Positions 1 to 13,648 of a stretch of DNA of 64,000 nt are shown here, piece by piece (within the stretch, counting starts at the first letter, position 1; each line of letters starts with the position of its first letter). The stretch spans positions 40,796,001-40,860,000 of the forward strand of contig OX597819.1 of NCBI GenBank assembly GCA_951406725.2, given 5' to 3'. Below the pieces are notes generated by a model. It saw only the letters and a program-made list of their open reading frames with translations, searched no databases and was not told the DNA's origin. The stretch comes from Octopus vulgaris. Its lineage: Eukaryota. The position numbers and the translations under genes are program-made.

Positions 1-55
1 TTAGCTGATACCAATTGTGAAACAAACTTCAAGATGTATGTATGATATGTAGTAT

Positions 56-129
<74 letters not shown>

Positions 130-588
130 ACATACACACACACACAAGCAACCTCCCCACACACAACTTGCTGAATCTACAAGAAGGGACAGTGCGCATT
201 ACATTTGCAGATCCACCGAGACCGGTGTGATCGATGTCGTTAATATTCAGTTTGAACTATTACAAGACAACACCTGCAGGTAAAACATGAGAGGGGACAA
301 TATTTCAGCGGGATGGGGGGTGGGGGAGTGATGTCCTGGTGAAAAAAAAAAAAAAAGGACCGTGCATATTGGATCTTGCAGGGCTTGAAGTATTGGACGC
401 AGCAAGTGTGATGGAGCGATGGGAAGAGAAGTGGGATGAAAGTGCCCAAGCAGAGGAGATGCAAGACCAGTTAGATACAAAGAACAGAAGATACGTTCGC
501 ACACACATGAGAGAAGAAAGGGAGAGTGAGTGAAAGAGAGAGGAAGAGAGAGAGAGAGAGATAGAGAGGAAAGGTTTAAATTATGCCT

Positions 589-627
<39 letters not shown>

Positions 628-1014
628 AGATAGAGAGAGTGAATGAGTGAGGCAGTCTGAAGACTCGAGGTACAAAGCTAGTAAATTACTGAGTTCTCTT
701 TTGTGCTTTTCATTTCACAAAATGAATATTTCTCTATACGCAGTTTTGAAGTATTTATGAGTACTTCGGAAGTGTCCCCTAACTAGGGAGAAATTCCTAG
801 CTATGTTTGCGGAGATATTTACATTTAAAGGAAGATTCATCTAGATTATTTTCTCCTTCTTAACGCTCTTCGGAGGTGGAAGTATGGAGTCCTTTATGTA
901 CATTAACTTATTAAAACCGCTCGTCGCTAACACCTCTTGATAATAATGTACAAATCTGTCGAGGATAACTCTATATGCGGATATATCGGAGATTCTTTTA
1001 CTGTTACCAGCAAC

Positions 1015-1086
1015 GGACATATGGCGTAGTGATTAAGAGCGCGGGCTACAAACCCCAAGATTCCGAGTTCGATTCCAGGCAGTGAA

Positions 1087-1157
<71 letters not shown>

Positions 1158-1291
1158 CAAACAACAACATCGAAAAACACGTTAGGAATGAGAACCCAGG
1201 CTGGAGGGTATATCAGCCGAAACGTTGTGTTAACAACAAACAAGATGAAGACAAATATCCGTCAAATGTAACTAAAGTAAATAATGTACAT
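1015..1291 (+). mobile_element. tRNA-head/(AAT)n/Penelope-tail element; hammerhead 5' half deleted in this copy
   Basis: A box tggcgtagtgattaagagc, B box gttcgattcc, (AAT)n, then the tail shared with 22741-22865 and 30210-30390. Confidence 0.7.
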
Positions 1292-2050
1292 TAGAATGGT
1301 ATTGATTAGAATTCATATGAATATCTATAGTTTTCCCGTTGAACTATTTTTAGGAGCATTATTTGTTTGTCTTGTGGCGAGGTCTAAAGAAATGTCCGTC
1401 CAAGAAGCTGATTGTGATTAAATTGGCGGTGATAGTTATATTTAAGTCATACTTGTAGAAGATTCTTATTAAGTTCTTGTATCTATCTATAACTTGACTT
1501 AAAATTGTTAGACCATCGTCTCCGTTCACATTTGAGTTGGTAGTAGATGTACCTTTTTGAAAGTATCAAGAACAGTTCAACGAAGTCTGCGACCTTAGTT
1601 CCGTTGTAACTCCCCATGAAGGCGTCGAACAGCAGATCACTTTCCATTTTGGTCTAGTAAAAGTCATTCTAATATAAAAGTGATTTCCTACCGTTCAAGA
1701 CTATTCAAATATCAAGGTCGTTTATCTTAGTGAATTGTCTCCGGAGATCCAGGGCTTTAATGAAGAGAGGTTTCAATGTGAAAAAATAAAAATCCACACG
1801 ATATTACACTGGGTTAATCTTCAGGTTGGTTTGTCGTAGATACCGCGGAACTAGTTGATAACGGATAAGCTTCGCTTCTATTGTACTAATCCAGTCGCTC
1901 TTTTGACATCAGAATTGATGGTCCTGAGGATTCTTAGTATGCGTAGTTCACTTTTAGAGGCGTTGATCAGCCAAGCACATATAAATACTGCAAGTTTTTA
2001 ATGTGCATGTTATCAAGGTGAGACAGTCTTGCATAAACAGTACTGCCTTC
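1292..2050 (-). mobile_element. Penelope-like element RT remnant
   Basis: LINASKSEL, LFDAFMGSYNGTKVADFV and GDDGL match PLE RT motifs RLINP.KSE, FDVTMGSYDGAE and RDDGL. Confidence 0.8.
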
Positions 2051-2169
2051 AGCATCTCACATCACACCAATATATATATATGTATATGTATGTGTATATG
2101 CGCGCGCACACCCACACATACACTCACACACACTAACACACCTACATCCACGCAAGCTTTATCTTAAGT

Positions 2170-2530
2170 ATTTATATGCGATTTCTGGATCATACCATTT
2201 GCACATTGAGAGGATTCTAACTTTTCAATGCAGTAGTCTACAGAATAAGCCTCATTCCACCAAATGGTATCTCTAGGACCTGAAAGGGACTTATAACCAA
2301 TGACTTCCAGTGACATTTTACTCACCATAGAGTAAATACCTAAGTTACTTCTATTGTTGCAGATGTCCAAAGTTGTTCAGGTGCTGTTTTTGCTATTTGT
2401 TCAATCTTTTCCAGGGCGATTCTTTCGCAGCCCATGACCCTTCCTAACATTCTTCTACATCTCTTGCTGTTGGTACTGCATTGATCTGTATTTTAATTTA
2501 ATCAAGTTCTTGGTACAATCGTTTTGAGTT
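2170..2530 (-). mobile_element. Highly decayed non-LTR fragment, probably R4/Dong
   Basis: PTARDVEE..W and SGP...WW remnants of the pre-RT region. Confidence 0.35.
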
Positions 2531-2990
2531 GGAATCAAATTGCTTGTTTTGTTCAAAAAATCGTTGGTGTGCCTTTACATTCACACACACACACGTGTGT
2601 GTGTATGTGTGTTTTTTCGGGTCTTTATATTCTTTGCTCAAATTTCGCCGAGGCTGACTTTGCCATTCATGGCTGAAGACTCTGGTCTAATGAAGAGCTA
2701 CCAACCAAAAGCAATGCAGGAGAGGCAATTTTGGTGACAAATGGTTGATAGTGTTCGGCTGCGGACAACACGATAGATAGATAGATAGGCAAGTGTTAGC
2801 AGTTAACTGAGCTTAGTGAGAAAGATAAATGTATTTCTGTGAGAGACCTACCATTATATTATTAGTGATCTACTACAAATATATGTATATATATATATAC
2901 GGTTCAAAGAGTTAAATATCATGGGAATCAGAATAAATTTCGGCTTAATGAAACTGTAGGCTGGAAACAGAATTTGTCCGATATATCTAA

Positions 2991-3365
2991 TTATATTTTC
3001 GGTGGGGTCGTTTTCAGAAAGCTAATCTTACCCACCACTAGAAAGTATATCGTTTCGACTTTATTCAGGAAAATAAAATAATAATAGGTACTCAAAATGT
3101 GGTTTCTAGTCAATTTATTTCTATCAGTATTCGGCTTTAAGCAACATACAAATATAATCCGCCACAAATTCCAAGGTTCAGTCTCGAACGTTCCCTCTGC
3201 TGCATTTCTAGTCTTCTGTCGTACAGTTTCCCTCAGTTTGCTCAAAACCGTTTTACTGGCTTTGAACATTTTTGCTTCGTTCTGTCCTTTGATTCTACAG
3301 GTGTCTTTTTGCACAAAAATCACTCTGCTGCTTCTCCCGAAGGCAAACAACTGGATACGGAAAAG
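2991..3365 (-). pseudogene. Orphan third copy of the terminal exon with stop-loss (homologous part 3177-3365); relic or alternative last exon
   Basis: Acceptor tgttttag|LFRIQLFAFGRSSRVIFVQKDT...TFET; codon 63 (3177-3179) is GAA where both paralogues have TAA; the frame runs on to 2991; no paralogues of exons 1-4 seen between 3366 and 17356. Confidence 0.7.
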
Positions 3366-4728
3366 CTAAAACAGAAGAAAGTAAAAAGAACAGAAAATTT
3401 TAAAAACAGGACTTATTTTCTTTACTTTGAAGCTCATCAGTAAAGAATTGCAGGCTTGTTTGCCGTCAGTCCTTGACAAACATGGTAAAATTTTCAATAA
3501 AAAACCTATGAGCTACATTTTTACCACTAAAATAATTTTGCATGTTCTTAATAAGTTTATAAGTGATAAATACACTAGGACATTAACTTGAGAGTTTTTC
3601 GTGTTTTTCGGTCCAATCTGAATGTCCCCCTAGATTGGGGTCAGTGCCGTAATACTGTCATTACGCTTGCAGTTGATCATTAGAAGACTTAAAATCAGAA
3701 ATGTTATCTGACGAAGCATTAATTATATTATAAAGTGTCAAACAAAATTAGGTGTCTTTGCTCGGAGACTTTGAGTACAAGAGTCAGTTCTATCGTCGGG
3801 TTAACTCTCGTCCCAGCAAGGAGTTTGGTTTCTTTGCAAGAATTTGAACTACAAAAGAAAAACAAATCATTCGGCCTGATTAATCCACTGAATTTTCAAG
3901 TACAATGCTCGCCATAGTAAAATATCTCTTGTATTAATGGTTGTGCGAGAAATTTGTAGAAGGAATTTTTCCGATTAAATCGACTCCACTACTTGACTGG
4001 TACTCTATTTTATCAACCTCAGAGGGATGAACGCACAGTTGATCCATGCCGGATTTGAACTCAGATCGTAAAGAAGTGTAATTACATACCGCAAGACATT
4101 TTGACCGACGCTCTAACGATTCTGTCAATCCATTGCTTTTTACTTGAACAAATAATCCTTTCTACTTACGGCACAAGGGAGAAGGCTAGTCGATTACATC
4201 TACAATAGTTCACACATGGTACTTTTATCATATTAACCCTGAAGGGAGGAAAGAAAAGGAAAGTTCGACTCGGTGGAACTTGAACTAAGATCGCAAAGTC
4301 GGAAAAAATTACGTTAAGCTCTTTTTCTAGCGTGCTAACGATTCTGTTAAATGACCGCCTTTCTTTTGAGCAAAATAATACTCTGGTAAATATTAAGTAA
4401 ACGCTTAGAATTGTACATTTTCAGCATTTAAAAATATTGCGTCTAAGATTCGGAGGTTTCAAAATGACCGTCAAACTAATTTCAAGAATAGCAGGCACTT
4501 ACATCTTAGAGAATACATCACAACAGAATCGTTCTAATTGAAGTTCAGAAAATATTTTGACTCTGCTCACTCAAGGAAACGTATTTTGTTTTCCTGACAC
4601 AGTTTTATCGTATAGTTATGTACAGGCCAAATTGCAGAGAGCATAAAATTTGGTTATATTAATTTTAAGGTAGACTTTGTCCCGTATCTCAGGAAAGTGT
4701 TTTTAATTTTGCTTAACTCAGTTCACTG

Positions 4729-5105
4729 ATGTGAAGTATATTTGCCATCTAAATATGGCTAACCACTAAGGGTGGATGTTAATGTAGCTTGTAGCCCCAG
4801 GAGAACATCTTCTCCAGCTGGCTATTGACACACTTTCTGTGCTCTATCGGTATTTGCAAAGGGAGGTTATCCTTCCCTCGTCAACCTAAGTGATACGCAC
4901 GGACTGCAGTTTCTGGGTATTGATCCGTCATCAGTGCACGACAATCACCGGGCACAAAGTGTGTCAATAGCCAGCTGGAGAAGATGTTCTCCTGGGGCTA
5001 CAAGCCACAGTAACATCCACCCTTAGTGGTTAGCCATATTTAGATGGCAAATATACTTCACATTGTCGTGCAGTTACTGTCTATACCTCGTTCAGAGATT
5101 TATTA
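4729..5105. mobile_element. Inverted-repeat element (about 110-bp arms) with an internal hammerhead-like motif
   Basis: Arms 4729-4842 and 4952-5063; flanking direct repeat ttgcttaactcagtt(c/t)actga; CTGATGA...GAAACTGCAGTC on the - strand at 4902-4935. Confidence 0.75.
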
Positions 5106-5329
5106 TTGCTTAACTCAGTTTACTGAGTTACAGAAAATATAAAACGGATACTGGACTGTCATACGCGATTGACTAACACTCTGTCCAAGGATAGATTTAT
5201 TTTTAACCTGCTAAATTCTACTGAATCTCGAGTTGAATACTAGTTTTCTAATTCGTGCACTAACGCTTTTATATTGTTTTTCATATCTCGCTTACAAAAA
5301 TCCACTGGGAATATAGACAAGAATTTATA

Positions 5330-5610
5330 TACAGGGTGGGTGGAAAGTAACTAAGCATTAGAAATTGTTTATAGAACTTTTAGTATCACTGAAGTCACGA
5401 TGAAAATATTTTTTAAACAGACAACATTAATGAGGATTCTTATTTTCTTATTATCTTATTTCTTATTTTTTATTTTCCAGATGGCCGGTCATTTGACTGT
5501 CCAGGAGCGCGCTAAGATAGCAGCAGGCTATGAAGTGTAGAATTCCATTGTTTTGGTTCAGAGATGGTGGCGTGCATGAGAAGGTAAGCATGCAGCACTA
5601 CGTCCATATT
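5330..5610 (+). mobile_element. Tc1/mariner-superfamily 5' fragment
   Basis: ta|CAGGGTGG TIR; MAGHLTVQERAKIAAGYEV*NSIVLVQRWWR HTH start. Confidence 0.6.
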
Positions 5611-5993
5611 ACCAGCAGTGAAAAATACACCTTGAAGAAAGGTTGGTCTAGATGAGGATAGCAAAGAACACCAACATCAACAACACTACGTTCAGCATAA
5701 TCCTCTTTGAAGAGTAGAGATTCCAAACTGTTAACTGTCGCAACAGTGAGCTCTACGCTATTTCCAACGTCAACTATGTCGATTCTGGTGGTTGCTAAAA
5801 CGTTTGGGTTTTAGACGAGTTCTTTTGTAAACCATTCAACTACATTGTTTATCTAAGAGAATAAACGAGAGAAATTTTGTTAAAATTTGTCTCTGGCATT
5901 ATAATTGCTTAATTGAATTTATTATTTAACATGATATAATTAATAAATTAATAATAAATCTTAGAGCGAGTTATAAACAGTAGCTACGACACA

Positions 5994-6129
5994 TCGTGAC
6001 GTATATTTGCCATTTAAATATGGCTAACCCCTAAGGGTGGATGCTACTGTAGTCCTCCTGGGGCTACAAACTACAATAGCTTCCACTCTTAGGGGTTAGC
6101 CATATTTAAATGGCAAATATACGTCACGA
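5994..6129. repeat. Hairpin copy of the same family as 4729-5063
   Basis: tcgtgacgtatatttgccatttaaatatggctaacccctaag and its reverse complement. Confidence 0.85.
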
Positions 6130-7399
6130 ATTAATAAATTGATTTATAGTAATAAGTATAAACAGATAGCTTTTTTCTAATGGCAGCTACTTATTTAGCA
6201 ATACTAGGACGCCTTTATTTTACATGCAAGAAAGATTAGCCATATCTTCCTCAAAGTACTGTCTTGAAATAATTAAATATACTGGATTATGTACGCTTGG
6301 ATATAATATGATATTAGATGAGAAGACAGGACTGACACGGTGCTAACACCAGTCAAGCGATAAAGTTTCCTTATAGAAATCCATAGCTGTGTGTGTGTAT
6401 GTATGTGTGTGCGTGCGTGTGTTTGTGTGTGTGTGTGTGTGTTTATGTGTGTGTGTGTAACAAAACAAGAAGTACAAAATGTTGGGAATTACAACGTGTT
6501 CCAGAAGGAAGGTATCATTGAACATAATATTTTAAATTTATATACTTGTTAGTGTATATATTAATATAAAATTCTGCTATAAAGAATTTATGATTATCAA
6601 GATGAACATAAACTTACAGCCGAATAATATTCAGTACAGTTGACATCTATGTTTTTAAGCTCATATTTGAAATCAGTTTCATGCTAGCATCTGTTGATCG
6701 TAATGTTATTTCAATACGTGATCACAAAACACTTTCAGTGAATTGGTGTCAGTGGATCTCCATCTTTCGACACTGAGGAAGCTGTTATACGTTCAACCGA
6801 GTTACCTACTCTTGAATTAATGTGTAAAGAGTCTGAGCATTCTACGGATACGTGTATCCTTTACATAATTCTCGGGCAGAATTACAGCTACAATCCACTC
6901 GATGGACAGCTATAGTTTCCGTCGGTTCACTGTCTCTCAAAAGGGATAGATCAACGCAAAACTATTGAAAATAATATTTACTCAAGATGCCTCGCAATAA
7001 GATCGAATCTGGGATTTCGTACTTGCCAAGCAAATGTTCTTAATAATTCGTCCATACTACACCTACTATCAACGAACTTATTCACAGTCAAATCTTCCTT
7101 TTCAAGTCAATTGGACGCTACCATCCAAAATTTGCATTAATCTGAAATATTTTCAAAGTAGTTTCTTAAATTTTTGATAGTATAAGCTAACATTTACAAG
7201 ACAATTCGTTTGTTCGTTTCTAAAACACAATAAAAATTCACAATAGTGTCATCAACGGTATTTTGAGCCAAGTGAGTACTAATATAAGCTGGTGCAGAAT
7301 AAAATAACAGAAAGGAGAGTATCAGCTGGATACCAGTCTAATACTGGGAGGCAATTAAGTCAGATACAGTTCCGTAGTTCATATGGCAGCAGCCAACCA

Positions 7400-7900
7400 T
7401 ACAAGATCTCGTTGATTTTGTACGTTTGAAAGCTCATATTCTGTATGTTTCTCAACAACTTCTTCATCCAAGTTTCATTACTTCTTTTTCGACTTCTTTT
7501 TTAAATATTAAGGACCCTATTTATTGTCATGACGTCCCCATCAACTATAGGCGGGTGTATACAACAATTTTACGCAGACATTTGACCATCATCTAACCAA
7601 CATGACAGGGATTCTAGAAGGTCCGTCAATCACAAATCCATGTATAAGAGAAATGGAAAACGTAATAAGGCTAGATATTGCAGTAGCTACATTCGATGGT
7701 ATCCACCACCTAAACTAGAACCAAGCTAATTATAGTTACTCCACATGGTAATAATTATCATGTCGTATTTGTAGACGCACAACGCTTTCTGAATTTACCA
7801 CATCTGACAGCATCAGAGGGATGTATAATGGCATTAAGAAAGCGTTTGGATCAGGTAAGAACTAATTCATACTTGACGCCTTTGAAATCTTTAGACAAGT
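7400..7900 (+). mobile_element. RTE-type LINE remnant
   Basis: SIRGMYNGIKKAFG motif at about 7808-7850. Confidence 0.45.
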
Positions 7901-7933
7901 ATTGTTCTACCTTTAGTATTCGTGTACAGTTTA

Positions 7934-7997
<64 letters not shown>

Positions 7998-7999
<2 letters not shown>

Positions 8000-9930
8000 A
8001 GCCTAAAATGGGACATAATAAGGAAAGCGCAGCCTTGTACAAATAGTCGATACGGGTGCGAGCTGTGCTCTATGGAAACTTATGAGAGTTTTAAGTATAG
8101 GGACAAGAGCAACCTGATCAATGATAGATAAGACCTAAGGGTATCTTGTGTACATAGTGTCACCCGTACATTTAAATATTTTCGAAATTAGCGTTTAAAG
8201 GTGTTGTACTTGAAACTGGATGAGGGAAATAAATTTTTGTGTTGTATCTGATGTGAACTTACCCCACCAGTATTATATATAATAAAATAATAGGATATTG
8301 AGTTATATGATGAATTAAAGTGCATTGCATATGTTATAAGCTATATGGTATCGTATGTGGTATGCTATATATAGTTACTATCATATGAATAATTCTGCCT
8401 AATTATGTTTTTGATGATTAAACTATTTGTTCCTTTCTATGATGTTCTACCCTACTAATCATATTATGTATTTTGTAATGGCTTTTATGTAAGTAAGCCT
8501 CCTAATTATATACCCCTGTGAAACTATAAAATAATGTATGTAATAGCAAATAGCCCTCACTACTAACATACCTATTGCTTCTTCTGTGAGGTTATCTTTA
8601 TCTCCCCACTACCTCAAATTTTAATACTCTGTTTCTTTAAAATGTAAGTTATATATATTTTCTTACTATTCTTTATAATTTCTTCTTATTTTTTTCTTAT
8701 TTTGATATCTTTACCTATTAACCTGTTATCCCTTATAAGTTGTTATTGTTCTTAAATAGAGACATAAACTTTCTAGTTACTTAAGTCTATGGGATTTGAT
8801 TATAACATATCCATAATAAAGCATAAATAGTTGTGTATATTTGCATGTGTGCACATAGTTAAATATGTGTGTATATCTGTACACAATTTATCATTTTTTT
8901 CCGTTTTTTTTTTCTGATTCTTAGCTTATAATTAATATATAAGTAACATGATTTATCGCCCCAGTATTCCATAAGTACATATCCAGAGCAGTCTTTATAG
9001 AAACCACCTTACAAGTAAATAATTAAGTACATGAATGAATATTAAACTAATTCTATGTAATCTTCCCTTTCTAATGTTAGAAAAATGGTATATATATATA
9101 CACATTTTATCTATTTCGGTTTTTGTCAGTGAACAGGTCGCGGATTTTAGCGACGAAAATATTTTGACAAATTAAACTTAAATGTTGAAGTGAATCGAAC
9201 GGCTTTTGTGTGTTTCTTAAATGGCTTACAAACACCTTCCACGCTGCAATTGTTTTCGTTCCAGCACACGATCTCAGATCAAATCACTTGCTATGCGAGT
9301 ACATCTCCGGTTATAATATCATTTTTAATAATCTAAAATGTTATCTTTATACAATATTGTTTATATACAATCACCCATAGTACTCCATGATAATTTTCTC
9401 TGTATTAACATCATAGGTTTTATTAGCGTCGTGCCTCTTTAACTGGTAATTAACATCTTGATTTGGGGGTCTTCCCCCACCCAGCCCCCTTTATAGACAG
9501 TTACTTTATATTAATCCTAGAAATATTGACAATATTTATGACCATACCCAGCTATGTGCTGTCAACTCACTCCTGCCCTCCATTCTAAACAGACACAGTT
9601 CTCTAGTCTTAGATTTGGTAGTTGATAAAAAGACTAATAAATTAAAAATGTGCCACAATCCTTTACAAGCAATGACCCCAACAAACTTCATACAATTCTT
9701 AGAAGTATAGTATATTCTTAGCTACATTAGTGGCAACATGGACTCTTTCCGTCTTCTTGGTCTATTAGAGCATTTGAGTAAAATTATATTAGTGTGTCTA
9801 ACTGATTAAAAATTCTATTTATTTATTTATGCAGCTGAGGATAGCCCTTCATTTAACTTGATGTAATGATTGCATTATTCAATTAAATGGAGTTGCTTGA
9901 AACGGTGGTACTGCATCAAATCTTGATATC
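7998..9930. mobile_element. Rearranged Penelope-like remnant with GIY-YIG C-terminus and terminal hammerhead
   Basis: + strand LKWDIIRKAQP..GCELCSME..LINDR..SCVH at 8000-8165; - strand TNVAKNIL linker near 9720; hammerhead at 9829-9916. Confidence 0.55.
9829..9916 (+). ncRNA. Type I hammerhead ribozyme with a long stem II
   Basis: ATGCAG-CTGAGGA-[hairpin]-GAAAC-ggtg-GTA^CTGCAT; 6-bp stem I and full catalytic core. Confidence 0.7.
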
Positions 9931-9987
9931 CTGTTGCTTATATTTGATTATATATACATACAAACAAACATACATACATACATACAT

Positions 9988-10019
<32 letters not shown>

Positions 10020-11439
10020 ATGCTGGAATAGGTTCACTCGTATTGGTTGGTTTTTAAGGTTGTTTTTATGTTTTTCATGTTTTGGGGGCGTTGTCTCTGG
10101 TTACATTTTTAATTGATTGATTTCCGATGTCTGATTTTGTCAAGGTGGCTATAGCTAACGGTAAAAGGCGCAATGGACCAGTGATTAGGGCAGCGAACTT
10201 GCGGTCATAGGATCGCGGTTTCGATTTCCAGACTGGGTGTTGTGAGTGTTTATTGAGCGAAAACACCTAAAGTTCCACAAGGCTCCGGCAGGGGGCAGGG
10301 TGGCGAACCCTGCTGTATTCTTTCACTACAACTTTCTTTCACTCTTTTTTCCTGTTTCTGTTGTACCTGTATTTCAAAGGGCCAGCCTTGTCACACTCTG
10401 TGTCACGCTGAATCTCCCCCAAGAATACTGCTAAGGGTACACGTGTCTGTGGAGTGCTCAGTCACTTGCACGTTAATTTCACGAGCAGGCTGTTCCGTTG
10501 ATCGGATCAACTGGAACCCTCGTCGTCGTAACCGACGGAGTGCCACGAAAAGCTAATTATAGTTGTTGGCTCATTATGTAATTCGTTGTTCGTGCTATAC
10601 TTTCAGTGGTCAGTGTTGTTTATCTATGTATCGTTTTGTTGTTTTGAAATTTTTCTGCATATTAATTTGCGATTCAGTATTTACCCTATTTATGATAACT
10701 TGTTTTAACTTGCTTCGTTTCACTTATTTTCACGTTTAAATATTTTTTTGCCATTTGTTTATTTTCTCGTCACTTAAATTGTTTTTCTGTCACTGTTTCT
10801 CCTTTTTGTTAGTAATGCATCGCTGGTTCTTAGTTACAGAGTTCCTAAAGGTTATTCTGTCTATGAAAGGAATTTGCTTATGGCGTAAATTGTTTACCTG
10901 TAGTTTATTCTTTTTTTAGTTATGATTCGTTAGGTATTAACTATAGTCTGTTGGTTTGTATGCTCTGATTGTTTGAAAGCACCATTACCTGTTTCCCCTT
11001 CGGTGCATTTATACGATTATTTCCATATATAAATTGTAAGAAAAAGAATTTCAGTCGGAATAAATAATATATACTCAGTAACAGGTACTGGATACTGTCT
11101 TCCTTTTTCGTTGATGTTAGGGAATGTTAGGGAAACAAACACAGACACATTCACACACACACGATACACACATGCACACTGCACGCGCACACACACACTC
11201 ATATACACACACCTATATAAAATGGGCTTCTTTCAGTTTCCGTCTATCAAATCCACTCACTAGGCTTTTGTCGGCCCGGGGCTATAGTAGAAGACACTTG
11301 TTCAAGGTGCCACGCATTGCGAATGAAACTGGAACCATGTGGTTCGGAAGCAAGCTTCTTACCACACAGCCACGCCTACACTATACGTGTAAATATGCTT
11401 GATTTCTAAATTTTACGAAAGCACCATTACCTGTTCAAG

Positions 11440-12070
11440 ATAAACTCTGGATGTATGAAAGTGCCGCCATTTGGGCCTGTTCGAGATGCACACAGAGCGA
11501 TGAAACTGTTTTGCACGCAATCGTCCAGTGTTCGAGTATTGATGACTTGCGGGCTTATATCGAAAACCTGCTGTCATGTGTGGGATGGAACCGGCTATCG
11601 GCTGAGTCCATTGTGAAGATCGTTCTGCTTCTTCCTTTGACCGGGAAGGACAGGCAGTCTTTTTCTGTTTGGTGGCCTTAGCGAAAGAGGTTGTGAAGGG
11701 GACCAGATTGAAAGGGCCAAGGTAGACACTTTGCCCTTTTGATCAAGCCCTCATCAATTTGAGAAGGAAAATGAGCGCCGAGAAGGACGTGCTGCCTTCT
11801 AGTAATTTTATTGAAAGGCAGGTGAATGTGATGAGAATGGTCCAAGTGAACGGGCTAGCTCTATACTTGCGCCTGTAGATGAAAGAAAAGCGTGGTGACC
11901 GTGGTTTTGAGGGGTTTTCACGAGCAGCCGTCGGAGGTCTCCGACATCTGGGGGATTATTCTTTGTTGGAATTGATAGTATTTCTGTTTTCTTTTTACAT
12001 ACTCCCTTTTCTAGCCCTACATTGTATTGTCCTATATCCCCCACCCCATGATTTTGTGAACCCTTAATGG
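11440..12070 (+). mobile_element. L1/Tx1-like LINE 3' end (CCHC zinc knuckle and 3' UTR)
   Basis: CSRC..DETVLHAIVQC motif. Confidence 0.7.
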
Positions 12071-12424
12071 CTAATAAAGAAAATACTATTATTAGTATCA
12101 TTATTGAGCAAGAGATCAATGCATGCCATCAAAAGTGACACTGGGGTACAAATACCCAATACGATGGGTACGAAGCCCAATATACCCATCGTGGCTACCT
12201 GCCTGATAAGGGTACACCAAACATATGCATCACAACCTTAAGTGCAAGACATGATGGTGTTGTGTCAAGATAAACAGCGCATGACTTTGCAGTTGGGGCC
12301 CTGTTAGAATTTTCATCAGGTTGAATAGCCAATCCTGCTCAAAAGGCCCCTGAATGAAGGTTGTTTAATGATGACGAACAAAACACCCATGTTTCCAGAG
12401 GTGAATTATTTAAACCCCAAAGAA

Positions 12425-12665
12425 CTGGTCCTGTTTTCAGAGGCTGGATCGCTGCAATGTATAGCGGCATTTGTTCGGTGGTCAGAATTAACGGCCATCT
12501 TTCGGTCGCTCAGTCCGTCAAGGATGTCCATTCTCTCCCCTTCCGTACGTGCTGGCCTTTGAGCCATTACAGGGGAAGTTGGATACTTCAAGGGGCACCC
12601 AATGTGATCTAGGATGTGAAAGGTTCGTGTCGGCATATGCGTACAACGTCATTGTAATAGTGTCG
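12425..12665 (+). mobile_element. L1/Tx1-like RT fragment
   Basis: WIAAMYSGICSVVRINGHLS, then frameshifted SVRQGCPFSPLPYVLAFEPL. Confidence 0.75.
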
Positions 12666-12679
12666 GACAGTTCAGAAAG

Positions 12680-12985
12680 GAGCCCATTCCTTGGCCTCCT
12701 TCCGTAGAAGAATAATATCTGGTCGGTTATGTTGCAACATCTTATCTATGTAGATTGGCGTAAACCATGCGAGTCTCATTCTGATTATTCTCTGCCACTG
12801 GCAAAGGTTGGTGCTCATACCACTTGTTGCAACATTCTAACCTACACTTCCTAATCCCAGTGTATTCTCACTACGATTTTGTCATGGTGTTTTTTGTACT
12901 CCTTTTGGGTCAGTTTTGAACATCCGTTAATCATGTCTGTCTCAGACGATTTTTCATATGATCTACAGAAAAGTGTATCATTATT
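12680..12985 (-). mobile_element. R4/Dong-clade LINE C-terminal fragment
   Basis: Degenerate ET..MINGCSKLTQKEYKKHHDKIV..IHW zinc-finger motif. Confidence 0.55.
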
Positions 12986-13567
12986 AATGTTGTTGTTGGG
13001 GTTTACGTAATCGCCTAGCACCCTGCTACAAAATTTCAGGCCTTGTTCTTATCGTAGGACGTTTTATTAAAGGCGGCGAGCTGGCAGAATCGTTAGCACG
13101 CCGGACGAAATGCTTAGCAGCATTTCGTCCGGCATTACGTTCGACTAATACCCCCCCCCCCCTAAAAAGTTCAGGCCTTGTGACTTTAGTAGAAAGGATT
13201 AATATTATTATTGATATTATCAAAGACAACGAGCTGGCAGAATAGTTAGCACGCCGAGTGAAATGATTAGCGGTATATCGTCTGCCGTTGCGTTCTAAGT
13301 TCAAATTCCGCCGATGTCGACTTTGCCTTTTATCCTTTCGGGGTCGATTAAATAAGTATCAGTTACGTACTGGAGTCGATATAATCGACTTAATCCCCTC
13401 TCCCAAGCTGCCCTTGTGTTAAACATTTGAAACCATTATTATCATTATCATTTATGGTTTCTTTTCAGTATAACTTTATTTCAGCTGCCTTAGTACCGGG
13501 CATCCCCCGGGGGCCAAGAGTAGCAAGGGGCACTTTTGTTTTGCTATGCATGCTAAAATTATCACCA

Positions 13568-13648
<81 letters not shown>

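Noticed and set aside
339-533. Acidic 64-aa ORF (LEVLDAASVMERWEEKWDE...)
   Set aside because: No recognisable family, no ATG start, no linkable splice partners; flanked by microsatellites
1015-1085. True tRNA genes here and at 10165, 18312, 50834 and 54525
   Set aside because: A/B boxes are present, but acceptor stems are poor and each continues into a repeat body; these are SINE-type heads
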